A stretch of DNA of 64,000 nucleotides from the IMG/VR virus record IMGVR_UViG_3300042922_000542, positions 182,148 through 246,147 of that record. One strand, written 5' to 3'. Made by a program: the position numbers and the translations under genes. The notes below the pieces were generated by a model. The model searched no databases. It had not been told where the DNA came from and worked only from the letters and a program-made list of their open reading frames with translations. Position 1 is the first letter of the stretch. The number at the start of each line of letters is the position of its first letter. This document shows positions 28,833-39,165 of the stretch, piece after piece.

Positions 28833-31800
28833 ATGTATATTAATTTAAAAATAAATAATTCAGCTGAAGCATCAATAAAAGACTCTCAATGGAAAAATCC
28901 AGGAGCCAGTTTATATGATAAATTATTAGATTCATTTTACTATCCAAGTGATGATGTTGATGATCCTAAAAATCTATACCCATCACATTATTTAAAGGAA
29001 GCATATTTAATAGCCCCAATTAATAAAATTAAAAATAGTCCATATGGTAGAACCCCTTACTCTAGGAGTGGATGTAAATACCCCCATCACAATATTAGGA
29101 ATAATGAATTAGTTCTTGATATAAATGGTGTGAAGGCTGCATATGTAAGGGCCAGACAAATGGGAATATTCAAAGGTGACGTAAAAGAACATCTAATGGG
29201 ACACATTGAGGAATTAAATCTTATGGAAGTATTACATATCAAAAATGATGATATTATAGAGGAAAATTTTAATTTTATTGAATCTCATTTGTATATATCT
29301 GAATCAGTAAACAACCCTAATACTGGGGATACTAAAAAATTTTATGAAATTTTTAATATGCTAAATGGTGTTCATTATGGAATGTATAATACAAAGCTTA
29401 AAAAAGTTTTGTATTCTGAGATAATTGATGATGAAATAAATTTATTAGATTATTTAGATCAGCATGGTGATTCAGAATTTATTATCATGAAACCAGATGA
29501 TGTAATTAAATATAAGGCTGGAACTTGTTGGGATACATCATTATTCATATATGCTAAATTAATTGAAAACGGATTTAATCCACAAGTGGTATTCTACGTT
29601 ATTAATGATAATAATCACATAATTACACATTCAACTATAGTTGTTGAAGATTCGAATCGAGTAAAGTATAATATTGAATATAGTCATAGTGTTAGACGCG
29701 GTATTCATCAAATTGATAAAATAGAAGATGTATACGGCAATGAAGATGATATCATCTTTGTCAATAATAATGTTGACGTTACTAAATTATTGAAGAAGAA
29801 TGAAATTAAACCAGATGATTTTATCAAGGCTACAGAATGGAATCCAAATAAATCTATAGTTGAGTCTACCACATATTATGATTTCTTTAATGAAACATCT
29901 CACGGATTACTTAAATCATCATTTAGGTATGGTGTTAACATAGAAAATGGGCATAGAATAAAAATTGTATTTGATCTTGATGTTGCTAATATTAAATTCA
30001 CCGGACATGACTTTGGTGGAGATGCAACAAATAAGACATACGACGCTAATAAAAATATTTCTAAAAAAGGAAATAATGATTTTGTATCGATTGGAACTGT
30101 GAAAGCTATTATAGATGAAGATACTAATGAACGTTTACAATCTGTAAAAATAGTAGGTTCATTAAATAAATATATGATGAACATTGGACCTTTTATTGAA
30201 CCAGAGGGTGGACCGGTATGGAATATTGCTAAAGAAGAAAGAGCTAAAGAATCATTTGAATTAAACTCACTGCGTCTAAGAGAAATGATGGTAAAATCTA
30301 AAAATTGGAATCCACCATCAAATATCGTTAATAGCTATAAGGTCGGTCAGAAAGAAGATGATCCGACATATAAGGCTACAAGACCTGCGGCAAATATTTT
30401 CGATCTGGCATCCAATATAAATTCACATGTTAGATCTCCTCGTTTTAATGCCAAAGGGGTTCCAGATGATACCAAGACAATTAAAAGAAAAATCCATAGT
30501 ACCTATAATGAGTTTAAAATTATTTATAATGCAGCGTTTAATATTGCTAAAAAAAATAATGATGTTGAAGCTGGTGAGCAATTGAAGAAGTTATTGGATA
30601 CATTTGGAAGTAATGTTAAAAATGGTGTGAAATACATTTCATCAAATGAAGTTAATTCAGCATTAGATATACAAAATGAATTAATTAATATTAAAAGTGA
30701 AGCTAGAAAAATTCTCGATTCATTAAAATCTAAATATAAAACTGAAAGTGCATCTGAAATTATGATGAAAGATAATTTTGCTTTTATTGAATCATTTGTA
30801 TATTCTGCGCAATCAATACAAGAAGATACATCTATAAATGAGTCATATGTATTTTCACAAGATAATCTAGAAATTGATTTAGATCAGTGGTCGGCAACAC
30901 ACGGTAAAAATTTATTATTTATTACTGGTCAGGCAGGCTCAGGTAAATCAACTCTAGCTAGAAGTATGGCTAAACAGCATCATGCCGTATGGTTCGGACT
31001 TGACTTTTTTGAACAAACTGATCCTACATTAAAAAATATCAGCGAGTGGAATAAAAAATATGATGACGGAGATATTGAATTTCAATGTGTACCATTTATG
31101 TTAGAATACTATAAGGTCAGACCTGAATTGTTAACAAACTGGAATACCATAGTGAAAGATGAAGTTAAATTTCATCACGAATTTCTTCTATTTTTGAGAT
31201 GGTTAATTAATCGATTATATAAAATTAATCAACTATTTATTATTGAGGGCGTGCAATTAGCATTTTATGTTGACTATGCAGAATATGAAAAATATCCATT
31301 AATAATAATGGGGTCATCCATGTTAAAATCAACAGTTAGAAGAATAAAAAGAGCTGAAGAAAAGCATGGTATTAAAAGTGCTATTCGCAATTTGATGTTA
31401 TCATTTAAGAGAAATAAAATGTTTATTGATGATGAAAAAGTGTTAGATGATTTAAGAGATTCGGCTAATGCATCTAAAACTATGACTGCCGATGATAAAT
31501 CTATGCAAAAGATTATAATATCAAAAGGGACATATTTGCAGAGGCTTACTACAAGCAAAAATGAAAGTAATGATGAACGCCACATATATGTATCTCAGAC
31601 GAAAATGGATAATGATAAATATTTAGTTGAATGGGGTAACCGAGGATACAGAGTAACTTTAGAAGTTACAAATGATATCATTATGCCAATATATAAAGAA
31701 CGTTTTTCTGCATTTATGAGAGCTATAGAGGGAGCAGACGTTGATAGGGTAGCAAACGATATTTCAAATTTAAAGTATAGAAATAATGGTGAAAAATTTT

Positions 31801-32648
31801 TAAACGAATGGAAGAATAGAAATACCAAAGAGGTTAGTAAAGAGAGTTATATATCTTTTATATCATCTTTAACAAGTTCTGATTATAACAGACAAATATT
31901 TTTTAAAGAACTTAAATTGCGCGGATATAATGCCACAATAGATGATAATGATGCTGCCGAATGGACGGATAAACCAATAATTATTTTTGAAAGAAATAAA
32001 AATATCAAACAAACTGAGTGCATCAAAATTGATAGCGCGATGATAGATGACGCTAAAGAAAGGTTGTCAAAAGAAAAAAATATGGGTATTATGGAACATG
32101 CTATATATGAAGAAGTAAATATCGAAAGGGATGAAAAGATAGAAGTCGAAAAGGAAGTAACCGATGAACCTAAAGAAGAATCCCTACCCAAACAAACTGA
32201 TGCTAAAGAAGCTAATAAAAACGGCGTTAAACGTAAGGAATTATATATGAAATTTATTGAATATGCAAAATCAATAAATTCAAATAATCTATTTGGTAGC
32301 GTATTCGATAAAGATGCATTCAATATATATTCATTTGTACCACATGAAATGCGATATTTCTATAGGTTATCGAATCCATTATTATGTGTATTAAAAGATT
32401 CATTAGCATTCTTTGCATTATCGGAATTGAAAAAGATAAATAAGGATAATAAAAATATCAATACATTATTAATATTCGCCGCAGATAAGTCTAATAAAGT
32501 TATTGTATTTAATAATAATGATAAAGCAATTTATGAAGGCGCACAAAAGAATAATGAAATAATAGAATTAAATAAAATTGCGAACTCATTTGATAAGTAC
32601 ATAGAGAATTTAATTGGTATAACCATTCTCGAAGAATCCTTTTTATAA
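28833..32648 (+). CDS. polyvalent multidomain protein (transglutaminase/Cys-protease-like, P-loop kinase-like and ART-like domains), putative head cargo
   Basis: GTCWD...THS...IEYS; ITGQAGSGKST...IIEG; LQR...YVS...GYNATIDDND; domains separated by xxES linkers. Confidence 0.65.
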   Translation: MYINLKINNSAEASIKDSQWKNPGASLYDKLLDSFYYPSDDVDDPKNLYPSHYLKEAYLIAPINKIKNSPYGRTPYSRSGCKYPHHNIRNNELVLDINGVKAAYVRARQMGIFKGDVKEHLMGHIEELNLMEVLHIKNDDIIEENFNFIESHLYISESVNNPNTGDTKKFYEIFNMLNGVHYGMYNTKLKKVLYSEIIDDEINLLDYLDQHGDSEFIIMKPDDVIKYKAGTCWDTSLFIYAKLIENGFNPQVVFYVINDNNHIITHSTIVVEDSNRVKYNIEYSHSVRRGIHQIDKIEDVYGNEDDIIFVNNNVDVTKLLKKNEIKPDDFIKATEWNPNKSIVESTTYYDFFNETSHGLLKSSFRYGVNIENGHRIKIVFDLDVANIKFTGHDFGGDATNKTYDANKNISKKGNNDFVSIGTVKAIIDEDTNERLQSVKIVGSLNKYMMNIGPFIEPEGGPVWNIAKEERAKESFELNSLRLREMMVKSKNWNPPSNIVNSYKVGQKEDDPTYKATRPAANIFDLASNINSHVRSPRFNAKGVPDDTKTIKRKIHSTYNEFKIIYNAAFNIAKKNNDVEAGEQLKKLLDTFGSNVKNGVKYISSNEVNSALDIQNELINIKSEARKILDSLKSKYKTESASEIMMKDNFAFIESFVYSAQSIQEDTSINESYVFSQDNLEIDLDQWSATHGKNLLFITGQAGSGKSTLARSMAKQHHAVWFGLDFFEQTDPTLKNISEWNKKYDDGDIEFQCVPFMLEYYKVRPELLTNWNTIVKDEVKFHHEFLLFLRWLINRLYKINQLFIIEGVQLAFYVDYAEYEKYPLIIMGSSMLKSTVRRIKRAEEKHGIKSAIRNLMLSFKRNKMFIDDEKVLDDLRDSANASKTMTADDKSMQKIIISKGTYLQRLTTSKNESNDERHIYVSQTKMDNDKYLVEWGNRGYRVTLEVTNDIIMPIYKERFSAFMRAIEGADVDRVANDISNLKYRNNGEKFLNEWKNRNTKEVSKESYISFISSLTSSDYNRQIFFKELKLRGYNATIDDNDAAEWTDKPIIIFERNKNIKQTECIKIDSAMIDDAKERLSKEKNMGIMEHAIYEEVNIERDEKIEVEKEVTDEPKEESLPKQTDAKEANKNGVKRKELYMKFIEYAKSINSNNLFGSVFDKDAFNIYSFVPHEMRYFYRLSNPLLCVLKDSLAFFALSELKKINKDNKNINTLLIFAADKSNKVIVFNNNDKAIYEGAQKNNEIIELNKIANSFDKYIENLIGITILEESFL

Positions 32649-32690
32649 ACTAATAAATTTGTTAACCTTACTGGAAGGGAGGTAGAATAT

Positions 32691-32885
32691 GTGGAACCGT
32701 ATTCACTATTTACAACATGTTTACAATGGGGCGGAATTATAACGTTATTTGCATTATCGTTTAATACATTAATAAATGTTACTAAAGTAAGACGAATAAC
32801 GTTAAGGATTAATAGAATTAGGAGTATTGGTGTGAGTCCTGAAGTTATAAAGCAGACTGTTAATGGTTATGTAATTTTAAGGTAG
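32691..32885 (+). CDS. small membrane protein
   Basis: GGAGG SD, GTG start, hydrophobic N-terminal half. Confidence 0.6.
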   Translation: MEPYSLFTTCLQWGGIITLFALSFNTLINVTKVRRITLRINRIRSIGVSPEVIKQTVNGYVILR

Positions 32886-32905
32886 GAGGGTTAAACCCTC
32901 CTACC
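32881..32905 (+). terminator. intrinsic terminator
   Basis: GGTAGGAGGGT/ACCCTCCTACC followed by a T tract. Confidence 0.85.
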
Positions 32906-33001
32906 ATTTTTTTATCGTATGTAATTTCGATTTACTTATATATTCTAATATTGTAAGTTGGAAAATGTATATATCGACAGACTAATATTTGGAGGTAAGT
33001 A

Positions 33002-33253
33002 ATGAAAAGAACTAATAGCCGCATTAATAAATATGACGGTGATAGTATGTTAGATCTTATTGATCTAGCATATAGTGATGCAATTGTTGATGATGAATTA
33101 ACACGCGGCAGAATACGGGCTATATACGTTAGAGTTAAATACGGTAAAGAATCTATAGGATCTATAGCCGAGTATTATGGTGTTCCTGAAACATTTATCC
33201 GCGATCTCAGTAAAGGAAAAATATTTGCTGATATAACACAAGCCAATCAATAA
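33002..33253 (+). CDS. small HTH-like protein
   Basis: SIGSIAEYYGVPETFIRDL resembles an HTH; GGAGG SD. Confidence 0.6.
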   Translation: MKRTNSRINKYDGDSMLDLIDLAYSDAIVDDELTRGRIRAIYVRVKYGKESIGSIAEYYGVPETFIRDLSKGKIFADITQANQ

Positions 33254-33287
33254 TCTAAATATTTAACATCATAAGGAGGAATTATCT

Positions 33288-33410
33288 ATGTCTAACAAAA
33301 ATAAAGATGAGAAGGAGCCAAAAAATATTAAGAAACCTATAAATAGCAATTGCGCTCGTGACACATATGACACTGACTTTATCACATACATCGAAAAGGA
33401 GACTAAATAA
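33288..33410 (+). CDS. 40-aa peptide (not in ORF track)
   Basis: AAGGAGG SD; MSNKNKDEKEPKNIKKPINSNCARD... Confidence 0.5.
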   Translation: MSNKNKDEKEPKNIKKPINSNCARDTYDTDFITYIEKETK

Positions 33411-33493
33411 TGGACGACATGAAAGACATATGGTTTGTGGAACAAGATTGCCCAGAACAATCTAATGATGATTCATCATATGATAATGATTAG
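33410..33493 (+). CDS. 27-aa acidic peptide (not in ORF track)
   Basis: AAGGAG SD and TAATG coupling; MDDMKDIWFVEQDCPEQSNDDSSYDND. Confidence 0.45.
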   Translation: MDDMKDIWFVEQDCPEQSNDDSSYDND

Positions 33494-33651
33494 GAGGTAA
33501 TAAAATATCAATTACAAATGATAAAAAACTATTTAAAGTTAAAATGCGTATTATTAATATACGCTTATAATAGAGCATGTTATAAATCGGACGAATTATA
33601 TAAAATAACAACATCTAAATCAAATTGGTTATAGTATAATAAAACATTAGA

Positions 33652-33685
33652 AATAAAACGATGCCGAAATAAGCATCGTTTTATT
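33652..33685 (+). terminator. intrinsic terminator
   Basis: AATAAAACGATGC/GCATCGTTTTATT followed by a T tract. Confidence 0.8.
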
Positions 33686-33784
33686 TTTTTATTTATATTT
33701 CATTATAAACATTCTTTTTTAAGTTGATTATACATTGTAATATTATATATGGTAAAAAATATATTAGGGGGGTAATCAACAAAA

Positions 33785-34066
33785 ATGGAATCATATTATA
33801 AAATGAGAATGTTCATAGAACTTGGTGTCAGTCTATTAGTTATAATTATATTAATCTCGTGGGTTATATTTATAATTATAAAATCCTGGTTCGATAAGAA
33901 ATTTAAAAGAAACTGTTTCAATTGTATACATTACAATCTTTACAATGTTGCATCGGTAGGTGATGGATGTCGATATAAATGTGATAAATTTAATAGAATT
34001 GATGGGTCACATTCTATGAATGTTAAATATAAATATGTGAGATGTAATGGTTTTGAATCTAAATAA
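33785..34066 (+). CDS. membrane protein with Cys-rich domain
   Basis: TM helix followed by CFNC...C...C...C. Confidence 0.7.
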   Translation: MESYYKMRMFIELGVSLLVIIILISWVIFIIIKSWFDKKFKRNCFNCIHYNLYNVASVGDGCRYKCDKFNRIDGSHSMNVKYKYVRCNGFESK

Positions 34067-34087
34067 CTTTTATGGAGGCAACACAAT

Positions 34088-35809
34088 ATGTTGAAATATC
34101 TTAATCAATTACCAAATGATTACGTTGATCAATTAAATACCGGATTAATGAATAAGGAGTATGATAGGGATTTAATTGAATTACTAGTCGATAGCTTTAA
34201 GGGTTTGGAAATTCTGCCAAATATTAAAATTCTCGGATATACGTGGGAGCCTGAAGAAGACAAGTATGATGTAAATGATCACGTTGTCAGAAGAAATGTA
34301 AATAAAAATAAGGCAATTAAAAATATTACTGAAACACGATGTGGTGTTTTATATATTGATATTGAAATATCAGGCCCGGATAAAACAGGTAAGCATAAAG
34401 TCCACTACATCAAAAAGCCAATAATAGTACCGATCCAAGATGAACGCGGTTATTATCGTATTAAAGGAAAAGATTATTTTCTAATATATCAGATGGTCGA
34501 TAAAATGATGTACCCCTCTATAGGAGCTGTAACAATTAAATCATTAATGCCAATTTGTGTTAAAACTGTTAAAGAAGATATATCGGATGTTAATGAAAAT
34601 ACATATACTATTCCGATATACAATATTCAAATATTTAAATCTGCAATAAATATTCTTTTATTATACAGCAATTTGACAATAACTAAATCATTGAATTTTA
34701 TGGAAGTTAATAGATTTATCAAAATATTACAAAAAGATGATTATACACCTAACCATGAAACATCATTATATTTTGAATGCGGTAAGAAATCTGATATCGT
34801 TGTTTCGGTATTAAAAGATCCATTTGAAAAATTTATTTATGTAAAATCAATTGTAGGTTGCCTAATAAAACTATTTGAAGAAACTAAAATCCCATTTAAG
34901 GATATTGATAATTGGGAAGAATGGATGATTATAGTTGGTGGCAAGAATACAATTCGCAGGGGAATGTATCAGCATGTATTTTTCAATAGATTATTGGATG
35001 ATGTTACTCGTAAAGAATTAAAGATAAATGATTACGATAAACAAAATATCTACTATTTATTACGATGGATCGTACAAAATTATCATGTATTATGGGAAAA
35101 AGATAATTTATCGATGGTCAACAAAAGATTGCGCTGTAATGAATATGTTGGAAGTTTAATGACTGCAGAAATAAGTAAGCGAATTAATCGTCTTGTATCA
35201 TTAGGTGATAAAGCCACTATTAAGGAATATTTAGCAGCATTTAAATTTCCAGAGGATATTTTTGTTAGCAAGATGTATGGAAGCGGCATCCTTCGATATA
35301 ATGAAACGAATAATGATATGGATTTCCATAGTAAATGGAAGATAACAAAGAAGGGGCCTAACTCACTTGGAAACTCAAATCAAAAGAGAATTCCTGTAAG
35401 ACAAAGATTATTACATCCATCGATGTTGGGGTATATTGATATTGCAAGTACTAGTTCATCAGAACCAGGTCAAGGTGGGGATTTATCACCATGGAATGAT
35501 ATGAATAGTTTATATTTTGATAGTTCATTAGCCGAAAATGAAATGCATTATAAAATAAAACAATATCTAGATGAAAATCCACTAGATGATGAATGGGAAG
35601 AGTTGATAATTAAATGTGATAACATGGAACAATACAATTCAATTCTAGACTCATTATTGCATTATTCTGATGGAAAAATTCGAATATATGCAACCACTAA
35701 TAATGATACCGAAATCATAGTTATGGAAGACCCAAGAAACAATTACAGGAAATTTGATGAAAAGAATCTTACGGGTAATTCCAATACGGATAATAATGAT
35801 ACCAAATAA
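34088..35809 (+). CDS. phage multisubunit RNA polymerase beta subunit, N-terminal half (probably non-virion RNAP)
   Basis: GYYRIKGKDYFLIYQ, KRLR, KGPNSLG and RLLHPSMLGYID..TS..EPG match RpoB GTFVINGTERVIVSQ and RDVHPTHYGRVCPIETPEG. Confidence 0.9.
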   Translation: MLKYLNQLPNDYVDQLNTGLMNKEYDRDLIELLVDSFKGLEILPNIKILGYTWEPEEDKYDVNDHVVRRNVNKNKAIKNITETRCGVLYIDIEISGPDKTGKHKVHYIKKPIIVPIQDERGYYRIKGKDYFLIYQMVDKMMYPSIGAVTIKSLMPICVKTVKEDISDVNENTYTIPIYNIQIFKSAINILLLYSNLTITKSLNFMEVNRFIKILQKDDYTPNHETSLYFECGKKSDIVVSVLKDPFEKFIYVKSIVGCLIKLFEETKIPFKDIDNWEEWMIIVGGKNTIRRGMYQHVFFNRLLDDVTRKELKINDYDKQNIYYLLRWIVQNYHVLWEKDNLSMVNKRLRCNEYVGSLMTAEISKRINRLVSLGDKATIKEYLAAFKFPEDIFVSKMYGSGILRYNETNNDMDFHSKWKITKKGPNSLGNSNQKRIPVRQRLLHPSMLGYIDIASTSSSEPGQGGDLSPWNDMNSLYFDSSLAENEMHYKIKQYLDENPLDDEWEELIIKCDNMEQYNSILDSLLHYSDGKIRIYATTNNDTEIIVMEDPRNNYRKFDEKNLTGNSNTDNNDTK

Positions 35810-35898
35810 GGAAATAATAAATGGTATATTATTATATTAAATATGATATAGCGATTCAATTTGAAATATACATAACGACTTAACAAGATCTAATAACA

Positions 35899-35910
35899 AA
35901 CAATAATCTA
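35899..35910 (+). promoter_or_regulatory. late-type promoter AACA-N6-TA
   Basis: AACAATAATCTA just before the SD. Confidence 0.5.
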
Positions 35911-35929
35911 TTTAGGAGGCATACATTTA

Positions 35930-36604
35930 ATGAAACAACAAGTAAAATATCAGCTAGTCTCAGTTCCAGGAAAACTAAGATTTGAATTAAAATTATTTAT
36001 GGATGATTCAAATGATAAAACTGAATTTATTTCTAATATAAACGGTGATAAATATACGACCGTATCATTATATCCGATAATGTCATTAACAATAATCCGC
36101 CTGGGAGAATTAAATGAAAGTGGTATTCGAACAAAGGTACCTTATAATCCAAATGACACACTATCGATGGGTCGATATAATTATCCAATATTTGTAAATG
36201 AATTAAATACAATACATAAGGATTTCAAAACTCCTGAGTTATATTCATATACAAATAAACGTTTAGAAATGAATGAAGAACTGGCATCAAAATTTAGAAG
36301 AGTGTTCATGGTTGGTAACACAGTCGTTGAAATGGTTCCTGTAGTAATAATTCAACCTGATGAAAATAAGGTTGAGGGCGTAAAAATTAAATTTAATAAT
36401 GAACAATCATCCGTGTTATTAACATTAAATGACATGGAATCATTATTATTTACAATGGAAAGAGTCAATATAGATTCAATAACAATGGATTTATATAATT
36501 CATATATTAAAACTGGGGTAAAAAATCACACTGTTGATGCATCATCATTTGCAGGTGCTAAAAAGGTTGACATCGATATTATCCCTAAAGATAATACAAT
36601 ATAA
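35930..36604 (+). CDS. hypothetical protein
   Basis: 224-aa ORF, GGAGG SD. Confidence 0.8.
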   Translation: MKQQVKYQLVSVPGKLRFELKLFMDDSNDKTEFISNINGDKYTTVSLYPIMSLTIIRLGELNESGIRTKVPYNPNDTLSMGRYNYPIFVNELNTIHKDFKTPELYSYTNKRLEMNEELASKFRRVFMVGNTVVEMVPVVIIQPDENKVEGVKIKFNNEQSSVLLTLNDMESLLFTMERVNIDSITMDLYNSYIKTGVKNHTVDASSFAGAKKVDIDIIPKDNTI

Positions 36605-36636
36605 AAATATAAATAATTAAATGGAGGAAATATAAT

Positions 36637-37248
36637 ATGATACAACCAATATCGACCGCAAAATCAATGATGGTTATTGCAATTGCTGAAGAACTTACTA
36701 ATATCCGTAAGAGACTTGACGATATATATTGCGCTGATACCAAAGAATTTGATGTAGCAGGAAATTATAGTATAGAAGATATAACTAACATAATTATTAC
36801 ATTGAATTCATTATCTAATATATTTGATATAACAAATAATGTTGTATTCCAATCAAAAGCATTATATGAAACAAAAATTAATCATCCGGTAATATCTGCC
36901 TTATGGGAATTAATAAATAATACATTGATATTGATTGATGATAGCAAAATAAATTTAAATGTATTAGATCATCGATATAGCACGGATGTATTTAAAGTGT
37001 TTGGGAAAGTAATTGCAAATGTTCAACAAAGAGCAGATATCGTATATTATGCAGATAAGCCTCCAAGAGAATGTGAGAATGAAAGATCTGGCGCAATATT
37101 AAATGAATTAATACCCATAATAAGAATATGTGAAAAAATAAATATTAAACAGGCATCATATAATGAAGCATATAAAATATATGATTTCAGTAATAGTGGA
37201 AAAAAAGGTTATGCGCTAGTAGATGGTAAAATAATAAAAGTGGAGTGA
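36637..37248 (+). CDS. hypothetical protein
   Basis: 203-aa ORF, GGAGG SD. Confidence 0.75.
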   Translation: MIQPISTAKSMMVIAIAEELTNIRKRLDDIYCADTKEFDVAGNYSIEDITNIIITLNSLSNIFDITNNVVFQSKALYETKINHPVISALWELINNTLILIDDSKINLNVLDHRYSTDVFKVFGKVIANVQQRADIVYYADKPPRECENERSGAILNELIPIIRICEKINIKQASYNEAYKIYDFSNSGKKGYALVDGKIIKVE

Positions 37249-37255
37249 AAAATAA

Positions 37256-38131
37256 ATGATTGGAATAATCCCAGCAGCTTCAAAAATATTCGAAGTATAT
37301 GGAACATTCGATCATAAAAATTTAGTTGATAATAAATTGTATGTAGGTCCGGATGGTCGGATCTACATATATTCTTTGACTGAAACAAGATCGAATCCAA
37401 ATACAGGTTTCTTCCCAATATGGGATGGAAAAAATATATACATTTCGAAGTTTTCAAATGAAAAATATCTCAATAAAGATGTAATCAAAACAGATATAGC
37501 CAGTATGTCCTCAAAAATAGATAATGAAATCGCAAATAAGATTTTATACATGCAGCGACGTGCAGAAAACGATGCGATACTAAAGCCAATAATACAGGAA
37601 AATGATAATATGTTTACTCAGTGTATTAAAGGAATATTTGATTTAAAAACATTAACTTTGATAGATTTAGTTGATCTGTCTGGATTAAATGAAAAACTAA
37701 TTGCAAGTTATTATTCAGCATTAACTAAAATAGCATTTATGCGTTTAGAGCGATGGTATATATGGATAAATGTAATATTTCATCTTGATTACGATGTAGT
37801 GGTCATGCAAGATGATAGAGTATTATTACGATATACGCATTCAACTAATAATTTCGATGTCGACAATTCGAAATATAATGATATCATTAAATCGAAAGAT
37901 GACTTCCTAAAAAAGATTGTAAAGATTATTATGAAAATGGAAAATATTAATAAAGATGATTTGAGATCAGATCAGGTTGATGATTATACGATCAATAATA
38001 TGATGATAATATTGAATACGGATAAAATGTTATCGGCACAACTATTCAGTAGATTTACATCCATGTCAAATTTATCTTATACGGTAACATTGTATGAGAA
38101 TGGAAATGACATATTTCAGTATACCGAATAA
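37256..38131 (+). CDS. hypothetical protein with a tandem, possibly DNA-binding, domain
   Basis: Internal repeat (DNMFTQCIKGIF.../DDFLKKIVKII...). Confidence 0.7.
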   Translation: MIGIIPAASKIFEVYGTFDHKNLVDNKLYVGPDGRIYIYSLTETRSNPNTGFFPIWDGKNIYISKFSNEKYLNKDVIKTDIASMSSKIDNEIANKILYMQRRAENDAILKPIIQENDNMFTQCIKGIFDLKTLTLIDLVDLSGLNEKLIASYYSALTKIAFMRLERWYIWINVIFHLDYDVVVMQDDRVLLRYTHSTNNFDVDNSKYNDIIKSKDDFLKKIVKIIMKMENINKDDLRSDQVDDYTINNMMIILNTDKMLSAQLFSRFTSMSNLSYTVTLYENGNDIFQYTE

Positions 38132-38151
38132 AAAATAAGGAGTAATTAAAT

Positions 38152-39126
38152 ATGAAAAAAATTTATCAAATGAATACAGAAAATAAAAGCTTCTTAGATT
38201 TTTCATTATTGTTAAAAGAAGAAGGTATAAAAAATCATTTATTCATGTTGGAATTAAAAAATGAAAATCTATTATACATTGATCCATGGGATGGTTATAA
38301 AACAGAACAACAACAGCAACAAATCATTGATGAAGCATGCAATAATTTCTGGTATTTCGCTAGGGAAGTTATTAAATGGCGAGATTTAGATGGTTCATTG
38401 TATCATACTAAATTAGATAGAGGCAATTGCGCAATGTATTTTAATAGCTTAAACAATATTAGTACATGGAGATCGAACATTAGACAAACTTATTCTAGTA
38501 TAAGCGTAATTACATTTCTAATATGGCGTTGGTTATCAGGGTATTATACTGATATGGATGCTATAACAAGAGATATATCAGCATCAAAGCAGTTGAAGAC
38601 GGTGGTATCAAATATCATTAATAGTCTACCAGAATATTTTAATATTAAAAAACATGAATCATATAAATATTTTGGCATCATTGATAATGATAAAAATAAG
38701 ATACACTTTAATAGTTCTCGAGTTATAATTAAAAATGGATCAAATATTGATTCGGATATTGCATTTTTTGACGGTGGTGAATTTATACCAAATTTAAAAT
38801 CACTAATTGAAAATAGGAATCTTAATACACGTGAAATTAATAATACCAAATTCACTATAGTTAACTCTGTAATTGGCGATGACAAAGCACCATCTAGTCT
38901 ATTTGCGGAGGGATATATAGATTCAATGTTAAAATGGAAGGACACATTTTATGATACGGATATATCTATAAATAATGTGATAATCAATAATTATCACAAT
39001 AGGTCTGTATACATATGCCACCCTTACAATCTCCTTGGATTTAGTGAAGAATGGTTTAAAAATTATAGTAACATGATTGACGATGAAAATATAATTAGGC
39101 GTGAATTGTTGGCACAAAGAAGATAA
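38152..39126 (+). CDS. truncated, degenerate terminase-large-subunit paralogue (ATPase domain only)
   Basis: NKSF..GIKNHLFMLE..IDPW..NFWYFARE..RQTY..RRELLAQR is colinear with the TerL at 10545-12698. Confidence 0.8.
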   Translation: MKKIYQMNTENKSFLDFSLLLKEEGIKNHLFMLELKNENLLYIDPWDGYKTEQQQQQIIDEACNNFWYFAREVIKWRDLDGSLYHTKLDRGNCAMYFNSLNNISTWRSNIRQTYSSISVITFLIWRWLSGYYTDMDAITRDISASKQLKTVVSNIINSLPEYFNIKKHESYKYFGIIDNDKNKIHFNSSRVIIKNGSNIDSDIAFFDGGEFIPNLKSLIENRNLNTREINNTKFTIVNSVIGDDKAPSSLFAEGYIDSMLKWKDTFYDTDISINNVIINNYHNRSVYICHPYNLLGFSEEWFKNYSNMIDDENIIRRELLAQRR

Positions 39127-39165
39127 TATAAATAATTTCAGATTAACAGAAAGGGGGACATATTA

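Noticed and set aside
2931-35809. Group I introns or inteins in RNAP, terminase or helicase genes, as in AR9
   Set aside because: The ORFs are continuous, with expected motif spacing and no intein termini or embedded homing endonuclease seen.
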